Assembly (NCBI RefSeq): GCF_009914755.1
Contig: NC_060938.1
Length of the DNA: 64,000 nt
Source: the human T2T-CHM13v2.0 reference genome, Homo sapiens
Direction: 5' to 3' (one strand)
Both the position numbers and the translations under genes were made by a program. Shown here piece by piece: positions 41,541 to 53,145 of the stretch; position 1 is the stretch's first letter, and the number at the start of each line of letters is the position of its first letter. The notes under the pieces are model-generated. The model saw only the letters and a list, made by a program, of their open reading frames with translations. It was not told where the DNA came from and did no database searches.

Positions 41541-44500
41541 CAACAAAATAAATATAGTCAGTGTTTGGGTCCTGGTGCTATAAAAATAATAAAAAAAGAT
41601 TTTGGTATTGTTTAATCTTTAAATAAGCTATGATTTGTTTAAAGACTTTACATATTTCTATTAGTGTTCATTAGCATTTTTAGTCCTGTTTATAATGTAA
41701 CACTCCTTTTCTTTAAAATATTCCATGTTTCATGTCATAAAATACAAAGCTCAAATCAAACCAGAGTGTGTGTTTTTTAAGTAAATCATTAAAATTGACA
41801 ACACTTCTTATTGACTTTATAGGTTATATTTACATTTGTAAGTGTTTCTTAAGATAGTGTAGTAATTACGTTCATTAAACAATATATTATTAACCCTAAT
41901 CTAGAATTTATTTATTTGATTGGGCTAATCTTAGATTCTTACACTGTTCCTGTCTTTAAAATCATTTTCAAACATTGAAATCTCATACAAGTTTTAAAAT
42001 TGTGCTTAAAATCATATAAACTTTATTGTCTTGAAAACTGTTAAGTAAGTACATTACGGTAGTGTTAACTATATGCATGTTGTTATTCAACACAATCTCA
42101 TCAATTTTAAGAACAATTTATTGTGGAAGCAACTGGCAACCCATTAAGTCACAGGTGATTTTAAGTAAATTTCAAGTATAACTTGTCAAGTGGAATCTTA
42201 ATGCTTTTGAAGATAAAATCTTATAATCTAGTTTTCTCTCTTCCATTTTAAAGAGTGATAGCTATAATGAAATCACCTTAAACTCCTCATTGAATTATGC
42301 CTCTTTGTTTCAATCACTTTTTAAAAAATCACTTCTATTTGATTTGAGGACAACATTTCCCTTCATTTTCTCAGTTACACTATTAAACTGTGAAATATAT
42401 GTATAAATCATACATTATTTAACATATGTTGTAAAATGTGCAGTAGACTCAGTCCCATATAAAGAAAAACATCGCATCAGTAATTAATCAATAAAAACTA
42501 AAAAATGATTTTACCTTAGAAATAAGACTGTGATTAATCTAAGGAATAGTAAAGGTAGTGTGTTTAGGTTAGGGAGACTATTATTGTCTTACAGATGTAA
42601 ATTTGCATTAATATTTACACTTTTATATCAGTTATAAAAACTAGAATTCTGTATTATATAAGAATTTTGTATCCCCAAGTCATTGTCATTTGGTGTTCAT
42701 TCTTAACATTAGAACCACTCTATACACTGCAAAACAAGTTTTACTTTCAGTATTTAATTTATAAAATCCTTTCAAAACACTTCTTTTCAAGGGAATTCTA
42801 AAAAATTCTAATCCTTTTCACTAAAGGTAAATATAAACAATCGATGATATTAATGTAGTGAAAAAGTTCGATGTTTATATAGTGAAAAATTGAGGAAATT
42901 TTGATTTAAATAGATGGTTAGGAAAAAACTGATGGTATAAAATTCCTTCCAATTGTAATATTACAGTTGTGCTGATTGGGTAAATGGCAAAATAATAAGT
43001 TTTTTTATTGTTATGGCAAATAACTAAGGATATCTAGAATGTTGAGATAGAAAAATTTTCATGGCTTTATACCCCGCCCTAAAATGTTGGAAAGATATAT
43101 TACTTTTTGTGTTTAAATGGTCTTATGTACTTCAAAGTGATGTTTCAAAAAATGTTACCTGCAACATTGAGTCTTTGTGTCCTCATGCCTTTGAAATTTC
43201 TTATTGAAATAAAATTGACATAAGTGAGCAAGTTACTATTTTTAAGGCAATTTTTCATCTGTAAAGCCAATGTAGAGTTGAATTACATTTAACTTCTGGA
43301 AGAAATTATGGGAATAGAATTTTCCTATATTAAATGTGACAGTGAATTATCCATTAATGTCCATTAACAATCAACTGATTAGTAAATTGTCCCTGTAATG
43401 GTGGTACTCTTGCCAACATGTCATTTAGTGTCAGCTTTGGTCAAGTGGGAAATAAATGGAAAGCATACAATTACTCTGACCTTTTCAGGATCAAAAGGCA
43501 TTTTGACATACTTCAAACCATTTTAATGATAGCAGCTCTCTACTAATTGAATAAACCCTAATAAAAAGAATATAATCTATTTGGGGATTTTTTAGATGGT
43601 TAATAGATCTTTTATTATATGCTGTGTAAAAGAAGAAATTTGATATGTTATTGAAGAAGATAATATATATGTCATAGAGGAAAATGGGAAACCACTTGGA
43701 GAAAGTTTAAAAGGAAAAATAAGTGTTTAATTGACTGAATGAAAATAATAGACAAAGAAAAGTCCAGGGTCCCCTGTCTGTTTTTGCGATGTTCAGGATT
43801 TTACTTTTAGGTTTTTTTACTTAGTATTATTCTGTTGTTTATGATATTTCAATTAACTTTTTGTCTCTTAAAAGCATGTCTCTTTTTAAGGAGAGCATGT
43901 GATTGCATTCTATGTGCATGAATTAATTTTTAGAGGAAAAGGCCAAGGAAAAGATTATACCTGCTTAAAATGGAACATAATTAGCTGCAGGAAAGCAGTT
44001 TGTTTTTAAAACCAGAAAAAAACAGTGCAGCAATTGTAGGCTCTGTTGTTTATTCCTGTTTGGAACAGTAATCATTAGTAAATGATTTGGCCCCGAGATT
44101 CGATTATAAAGCTTGGTGCTGAGCAATCAGGTATGATTTACTGTGGACGGCAACAGGGGATGAGGTTTTCAACAATGTGGCAGATGGAAATTTGAAAACC
44201 ATTATAGTCAGGAAAAGCAAAAATGTGGCTTCTTATAGTAATCATAACTCACCCACAGCTGCAGTCTGTGATGATGGACATTCCATGATTATTGCCTTTG
44301 CATTTTTCAAACAAATGTTTTCTTCCTATAAAATTTTTACTCACATTTGTATGTGTGAATATACACATGTATCCAAAATATATCTATGTCTATCCATACT
44401 CATGTATATAATGTAGCAAATTTAACTTTTTTCACTTTGCTAAATAATCTTGCATCTTTAATGTAATAATAAAATCAGTCATTATAGCAATTCAAAATAT

Positions 44501-45737
44501 GAAGTTGAAAATGGCATGTATACATCATATCTTTCCCCAAGTACTCTAGTATCACTATCAGAAAAAGAAGCATACCATTGTTATTACTATGACTACTACT
44601 GCTAATAAAAATAATAATGAATGCCACGAAAAACACATATTGATCTCCAAAAAATACAGTATTAGAATATTTATCCCACTATTCATAAAAATAAAATTCA
44701 AAAAGGACTGTGAAAATGATAATGTACCTAAACATAGTGATGCTCCAATGATAATTACTAATTTTCTATTATTACAAATATTTTCTACTGTTTCATATAT
44801 ATAGTAAAATAAGGGATTATACAATAAACAAAAGAGATTATAAAGTAAGACTTTTACAGCAGAAATAATATACTGTATGATTGAGCTAACAATAAATTAT
44901 GTAAACGTTACATTAGGAATTAGAAAATATGGTGATTGATAAATTGAGTCACATTATTTAGAAAGTTAACCATTTACTGTTTTCTTTTCACTGGTTTATT
45001 ATTTTGTTCTAGCTTTTCTGAGGCTTCATTTTAAGAAAATGTACCATAAGAAATAATGACACTTATACCAACAATCGCTTCTTTTTATTTTTATTTTTTT
45101 TTTTGCTTCATAAACACGATTTATAAATGTTCTTCCTAGAAGCTCTAATGAGTAATTAGAAATTGTTATAAGAAATTGTTATTAAGATGTAAATATTAAG
45201 TCCTAAAGTTGTTCTGAGGCAACTTTATATATGTTTTTGAAATACGTACCACCTTGATTATTTCCTTTCTGTAAAGAACAATTTCAATTTTTCTGTTTTT
45301 TAATCTTCAAAAGCAGAAAACTATAATCTTCCAGATATTTCTTTTGACTCATCTTATCTTTCATAGAGCCATCAGCTGCTTTCTTCACTGAATCAGGAAA
45401 AATACAGTACTATTTATTATTTGGATATTCATATTTTCTTTGTCATCATAGGTAATAAGTTTCAATCACTGCAAAATCAGCAATTTATTTTTAGTTTGTT
45501 ATACCCATTGTATTTTCTTTCAAATTTGGGTGATAGAATAGTTTGATAATATTCTATTAGTATCAGAAAAAGTAAAACATCTGAAGATATTCTAAGATGG
45601 GATTCTTCCTTTATTACACGAAGGGTTTAAAGTTTTACGTACACTTTATTCTTTGCATGTTAATAATGACTTGCATGAAAGCATTTTGAGGCATTTCTGA
45701 TTAAATTAAATGCATTTAAAATGCATCTGTACTTCCT

Positions 45738-46039
45738 TTTTTTCTTTTATTTTTATTTTTATTTTTTTAGACAGAGTCTTGCTCTGTTGCCCAGACTGGA
45801 GTGCAGAGTGCAGTGGTGTGATCTCGGCTCACTGCAACCTCTGCCTCCCAGCGATTCCTTCAAGCGATTCCCATGGAGTAGCTGGGATTACAGATATGTG
45901 CCTTGTATTTTAGTACAGACAGGGTTTCACCATGTTGGCCAGGTTGGTCCTGAACTCCTGAACTCCTGAACTCAGGTGATCCATGCACCTCGACCTCCCA
46001 AAGTGCTGGGATTACGGCTATGAGTCACCGTGCCCGGCC
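45738..46039 (-). mobile_element. Alu SINE (AluS-type) with multiple micro-duplications and deletions
   Basis: T-rich tail and antisense Alu body ending GTGCCCGGCC. Confidence 0.92.
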
Positions 46040-47551
46040 TGTTTTTCTATTCATGTATACTCTGAACATTGATAAGTATATACTTGAGGAGGCAATGGTT
46101 AAATAGGCATAAATGTGAGGTTTTCTCAGTGGCAAGAGTGTCTAAAAGGTCACAAAGAGTAGAGTGTAAGTGATCCATAAATCTAAACAAGAATTATATG
46201 ATGGGAAAGATAGAATCCAGGAGGTGCTTGAGTGTTAACAGTGCCGTGTAGTAGGAAAGCGAAGTACAATGGTTAATCACTTCAGGGAAAAATTGCTATT
46301 TGTTACTTTGCATTTTATTAGCTGCCATTTGTATCTTATTTAGAAAAGAGAATGAGGACAACAAAGAAATGCATTCATTTCCCTTTCCTTGCTTTCTAGT
46401 ATTTATGGTTATCACCCTAGAATCTGGAGTTCTTTGGAAAAAAAATTGGGGTTTTCATCAAACTCCTATTATAATGCAAGTTATATCAGTGTCGGAGCAG
46501 CTTGTTTGTTCCTCATGATATCTCATGTAAGCCCCTGCTTGTGTACCTGGTACTCAGCAGTGATTTGTGCTTTAGACTGCTGAAGAAAAGATGCAAGACT
46601 GCGCCATGGAAACTGGGAAAATCACTCTCCCTTTCAACTTGGTAAGCAATACCAAGATTGAAGAATTTGTGTCACAAGATGTACAAAAAGGAGGCAGTAA
46701 TTATTATTTTTTAATTAAGAGAAGATCCTGGAAACAAATGCTAGAAAAGGTATGATTTCTTAGTTGTGACAGCAATAAAATTAATAAATATTAAGACTTA
46801 AATATAGCTATTCGATAACAAATAAATTTCATGAAGCACACAGAAAAATAAGCTGTGTTTAGTTTTAGATCAATCTCAGCACAATCGTGAAATATACCTT
46901 CCATCTGAATCTTTTATGTTTAGAAAGTATTTTTATATTTTCTAAAGATATTCAAAAAAACCTAGAAATGTCATTTTATTTAAAGTTTGAGGAATGGGTG
47001 TCTGACATTCAAATCAGAGAGATTAACAAAGGGGTTTGCGACTGCTGAAAAGAAAGTTTCTGGAAGCCAGCCTTTCAATTGTGAGTAGTATTTGCCTCAT
47101 TAGATCATAGAATTCAAGTAAAAGTATATTATAGGCTTCATTTCATACATAGCATAACACACAAATTTACTTAATATGCATTGTTTTCTTCTAATTCCCC
47201 CTAATCTATTCCCTTTCTAAGTCAAATGTTTGCATAACCGCACTAAGGAAAATGGTTATTTGCATATAAGCAGAAGAACAGTGACATACAATATAAAAAC
47301 AGTAAAGTTAAGGCAACTATGCCTCTTTAAAAGTGCTATCCATTTCCGAGGCTCTCTCTGTCTTTCCTCTGATTTCACACAAATACACAACTCACATAAG
47401 AACTCCACGAAATCATTTTTATCTTCCTAAAATTGCTTATTACACATAAGAGACCTTCAAGTAGTTATTGTAAATTAATTGAATTGATCCACTCTGAAAT
47501 ATAAAAGTACTTTTAGGAACCCATTCATTAAGATATTACTCTAAGACAATA

Positions 47552-48863
47552 CGAGGAGACTTTGAAAAGCTTGTGGAAAAAGGAATTACAAGGTAAAAAT
47601 GAAAAATATAAACTTTATTCCTCAACGTAAGCTTGATCAAGGTCATGATATTTTGTAAGTGATGCTATCAGCCATTTAGTTCATTCCTAAAGAACTGATG
47701 GTTCTGGGAATTTAACCATGTCAATGCAGTATTTTTACATTATTAACTGAAGAAAAATTGGTGCCTTTTAAAGTATTTTTGTTTGTTTGTTTTCTTTAAG
47801 ATTAGGAAGCAAAAAGAAGTCAGAAGGAGCCAAATCAGGACTCTAAGGTGGATACCTTAGATAAGGTGGATTTTTTCCCATTGAAAATCTCGCAAAATGG
47901 CCCTTGTTTGACGAGAGTAATGAACGGGCACATTGTCATGGTGGAGAAGGACTCCCTAGTGAAGTTCTCTTGGGCATTTTTCTGCTAACGCTTTTGGGTA
48001 ACTCTCTTAAAATGCTCTTGTAACAAGGAGATATTATTTTCTTTGGCCCTCCAGAAAGTCAACAAACAAAATGACTTGACATCTCAGAAAACGATTGCCA
48101 TCATCTTTGCTCTTGGCTGGTTCACTTTTGCTTCGACTTGACTACTTCCACCTCCACATAGCCATTACCTTGATTTTGCTTTGTCCTCAGAATATTACCG
48201 TTAAAGCCATGTCTCATATCCTGTTACAATTTTTCAAAAATGTCTTCAGGAACTTAATCCCACTTGTTTAAAATTTGCATTGAAAGCTCTGCTCTTGTTT
48301 GCGGCTGATCTGGGCACAACAGTTTTAGCATTTGTTGAGTGCAAAGTTTGCTCAGCTTTAATTTTTCAGTCAAAACTGTGTAAGCTAAACCAGTTGAGAT
48401 GTCAAGGGGTTGGCTATAATTTCTGCTGTTAATCATCAGTCATCTTCAATTAGGGCACAAACAAGATGAATTTATTCCTTGCAAATTGATGTGGATGGTC
48501 TGTCTCTGTGGATTTAATCTTCAACATCATCTCATCCCTTCTTAAGACAAGTTACTCATCTGTAAACTGCTGATTTCTTTGGGGCATTGTCCTCACAAAC
48601 ATTTTGTAATGCATCATGATTTCACCATTCTTCCACCCAAGCTTCACCATAAGTTTGATGTTTGTTCTTGCTTCGATTTTACCAGAATTCACGTTGCTCC
48701 AATAGGAGCTCTTTGCAAACTGATGTCGTATCCTTCTTAAGGCTTCAAGCTACTTCCTGTTCAGGTATGTTGTAACAAGCTAGGGTGAGTTTAATGCAGA
48801 AAGATGGAAAGCCATGCAGAGTTTCTTATATGTGTTTTCCGTCAGGTTTTTGAAGTCACTTTG
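47552..48863 (-). mobile_element. HSMAR2 mariner DNA transposon, full length (~1.31 kb), decayed transposase
   Basis: Degenerate TIRs (TA|CGAGGAGACTTTGAAAAGCTTGTGGAAAA ... TTTTCCGTCAGGTTTTTGAAGTCACTTTG). ORF 48254..48436 (LTEKLKLSKL...QTRAELSMQILNKWD) and a PP*SPDLAPSD motif near 47820-47853 are mariner transposase. Confidence 0.92.
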
Positions 48864-49418
48864 CATAATAAAAGCCTAAAGACTAAGACAAAATTTTGCA
48901 GCATATTTTTACCATTAAAATATATTTTTTAATTAAAAAAATAAATGTTTCTCTATTATATATGACAAAATATTTATTAAGCTATCAGAGGTGATGAGAA
49001 TAGAGACACATAGCTAAAGAGGAATAAAAGTAGAGTTAAGAAGAAGGAGAGATATTTTAAACATTAGATTATAGTAACATGAAGAGTAAACAAACAGCAA
49101 AATAATTAGCTGAAACTGAATCATTATTCTTTTAATTGTATGTTATGTGGATTCTTTTAATTGTATAAGTATACATAATACTTTGCATTCAAGAGTGAAG
49201 CACTTCCTTTTTTTTCCCTCAAAAATGACAATAGTTCTAAACAATGGAGAAGCTAACATATTTTTTAAGCAATTCTTCTGGAGTTATGATTCTCAGCAGG
49301 AGAGACCACTCTAGATATTAATTTTTAGAAATAAACTATATTTAAATAATTATATAAAGATTTAGAAATTATACCTATAGAATAACTATAAAAACTGAAA
49401 TTTAAGAATAATATCCCA

Positions 49419-49725
<307 letters not shown>

Positions 49726-50689
49726 CTACAATTAGATGATACATGCAACTCTGATTATATAAAGAAAATTGATTTATTTAATTTGAGGTATTTGAAAAGT
49801 AAAAATAAATCTAGATAAACTGTGAATAGAGGTTTTCTTTCTCAATGAGAGATAAGAATAAATTGGCTTAAACCCTGTATGGGGGATTTCTGGCATAATG
49901 ACAAAGAATATCTAGGTTGAACAGCCATTAAGCACAAAAAGGTACTGACCAAGAGAGTATGGGAAATTTTCTTTAAATAACTGTAGCACATCTTCTTTAT
50001 TAAATGTATAGCCTTGTTAGGTAAAATTATTGAAAAAAAATGAGTTAAATAACTCTGTATATGCCTTGAACGGATCAAGTGTATTAACTATTTTAAAATG
50101 CTCATCCCTTATTACCACAGATATAGAAACCACGCAACAATTTTAATAGTTTAGGTATGTATCAATATATAATTAATTGATGCAAATATAAACAGATAAA
50201 CAGTGGAGCTAAAGGTTAGTATAGTTAGGGTTGAAATTACTCATCAAATAAGACTATACATATATTTTTTACAGAATCACCCTATCCCCAAAACTCTACA
50301 AAATTGGCTCTCTCTGGTATTAGGGAACATCTAACATTCTTTTGGTTAATACAAACACACATAGATGGACTTTGAAAGTAAATGCAATGAACAACTAAGA
50401 AGAAAGTGGTTTTACTATTGAATATTATGTAACAACTAGTATTCTCATTATTTTGTCTTTTTTAGTCTGGTATTTTGAGTCCATCAAAATAATGTCAGAG
50501 TATATCATCATTGTGTGTTGTTTCTTCAACTTGTTTACCTATTTAATGTTTAGAAATGCATGTATTTACTGATTGCAATGCAGAAGAACCTTGGAATCAG
50601 ACATAAACATGGCTTACAGGGATGAAGTTATTGGACTTTTTCTCTGAGCAGATTTCCTTAAAATCACTCATATGTCTGTGGAACAGTAT

Positions 50690-50900
50690 CATATATATAT
50701 ATTTATATATACGTGTGTGTATATATATACATATATGTGTGTGTATATATATACGCATATATATGTTAGTATGTGTATCATATATATGATACACACATAT
50801 ATGTTAGTATGTGTATCATATATATGATACACACATATATATGTTAGTATGTGTATCATATATGATACATATATATGTTAGTATCATGGATGTGTGTATT
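50690..50900. repeat. AT/GT-rich compound repeat with ~38-40-bp palindromic minisatellite units
   Basis: ATATGTTAGTATGTGTATCATATATATGATACACAC repeated twice fully, plus two shorter copies. Confidence 0.9.
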
Positions 50901-52214
50901 TAACATCTCTCTAAGATAACTAATTATATCTTCTTTCAAAAATGAAACAAAGTCACAAAGATATTTTGAATCACTATTAATGTATTGCAAGGCATTTTGT
51001 GCTATAATGAACACAATTTTATAAGTACTAGGTAAGGAAAAAGATGCAGACATCTGAGAAATTCTTACATAAGGAAGGATTGCTTTAAACATCCTTCTTA
51101 GATCATTGTACTTGAAAGGATTTCAGGTCAGTTGCTGTATACTTCAGAATCCCAGTTTGCAATAAAGCAATATTTACTCAATGGTCATGAGATCATGGCT
51201 AGTATTCAGTGTCTTCGATCTTGATGTGGCAAGAGTTTGTTCAATAAGATGAAATTCAGTATTGCCCTTTTAACATGAATTATGATGTAATTGTTTTTAT
51301 TTGTAATTCCTAAGTTATAGGGTGCAATTTTAATAGTAGAAAAGGGTATTTGTTTTTCATTTTGAAGCAGAATAATAAAACTAGGAACTAACAGTTCACT
51401 AGTTTATTCTTCTTGTGCAGCTTCAGGCAGTAATGAGTGAATCAATATGTTATGGCCATATTGGTCACTGGGGATTGTAGGGTGCATTAGGAAAACATCA
51501 TATGATGTTTTAGCAGGGCAGTTTCCATTAATGTCAATGAATGTTATATTACTGAAATTTCAGAATATGATTTAAAAGTATCCTTTACAGGGTGTACATT
51601 TTAAGGAGATGCAGCTAGCCACAAGAAAAATAATTTTGTCAGCTTTTTGTTATAGTTTTAAATTAAACAATGGGGTGACATTAGTTCTAGTTTTTTTTTT
51701 TTTAGGTTCTATGTTTTTCAAGCTCAAAAGCTCAGTAGATAGTGACAGTGGATAGTAAACAGTATATAATAACAGTAGGTAGATACAAATTTATACTAAG
51801 AACAAGTCCTGGTCAAAATCATTGTGTAGACTTGTGCCTTATCTGACTTCTAATTTTGGATATCAAAATAAACATTACACAAATATGCCTTAAACCAAAA
51901 ATTTCAGGTACCTCATCTTAAGTGTTTTCTGATGTGGTTCTTTAATTTTTAAATGTTATGAAGGAAAAAAAGGAATTAATTAAGCCTAGGGAAAACTACA
52001 TACTGTTTATAAGTCTTGGAAATAGATATCATATTGCTGACAATACAGAGTAATTTATAAGTATGAATGCAATGGGATATACTGTTAACTTTTAGTCCAT
52101 CTCCTCTGTTGTTGATAACTTTAGGTTATCAGTCAGTTATGCAGTATACTGGGATCTGTCTCTGTTCACCTTGACATTCTTATCTAATGCTCTTCAGAAA
52201 ACACCTAAGTCAGA

Positions 52215-52455
52215 TTGTTCATTTTCATATAGGCATTGGTATCAGAAGGCCAGGGCTTATCCTCTGTCCCTGACACTATGTAACTGCATCAGATTGAACT
52301 CGTTATTGATTCTCTCTGTGCAAATTTTCGAATTTGGAAAATGTAAGCAACAGTAGTTCCTGTATTCCAGGTAGATAATTAGATGCATTAATACATGTTA
52401 TGTCTTAAAATAGTGCCTAAATTTTTATAGTGCTAAATAAATATTAATTATTATT
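52215..52455 (+). mobile_element. MIR SINE remnant
   Basis: Decayed MIR core and 3' end (...CTTAAAATAGTGCCT...TAGTGCTAAATAAATATTAATTATTATTAT). Confidence 0.55.
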
Positions 52456-52909
52456 ATCAATGTTTTATCATTACTTCTTTTCCCTTCCTTCTCCTCTTCC
52501 TTCTGCCCCACAACTAAACAAAGAAGGGAGTAATGGATTTAATTTATTTGTGAAACTGAAAGTCTAGTTTTTAAAGTAATTCAACTACCTATATGATGAT
52601 CGTAATTAATATTTTGATAGTTTTGTCATTGTTCAACTCTAAGTGGATACCAAATTGCTAGATTTAAGTCTACTTGAAATACAGATAAGCTTATCTATGT
52701 TTACACACACACTCATGTATTTCTTGTGACTGTGGTTGGAAATGGTATATAAGCCTCCTTGGTGTTATGCACAATAAGATTATCTTATTTGGGTTGTTAC
52801 CAGGGACAGACTACCCCATTATTCTGAAACCACTTAGTATAGCATGATGTCTAGCATTCTAGTATCTAACAGTGGTAAATAGTACCTACTTGCTGCCTCA
52901 CTGAAATGT

Positions 52910-52913
<4 letters not shown>

Positions 52914-52956
<43 letters not shown>
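52914..52956. repeat. (TA)21 microsatellite
   Basis: Perfect TA run next to an Alu tail. Confidence 0.97.
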
Positions 52957-52958
<2 letters not shown>

Positions 52959-52995
52959 ATATATATGAAAATTCAAATATCAATATTTACAATAT

Positions 52996-53145
52996 TTTAA
53001 AAGACAAGGTCTCACTCTGTCACCAAGGCTGGAGTTGCACAGTCACAGTTCACTGCAGCCTCAAACTCCTGGGCTTGAGTTATTCTCCTGCCTCAGCTTC
53101 TCCAGTAGCTAGGGCGACAGGTGTGCACTACCACACCGAGCTATT
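52996..53145 (-). mobile_element. Alu right-arm monomer (FRAM/AluJ fragment)
   Basis: AGACAAGGTCTCACTCTGTCACC...CACTGCAGCCTCAAACTCCTGGGCT, J-type diagnostics. Confidence 0.85.
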
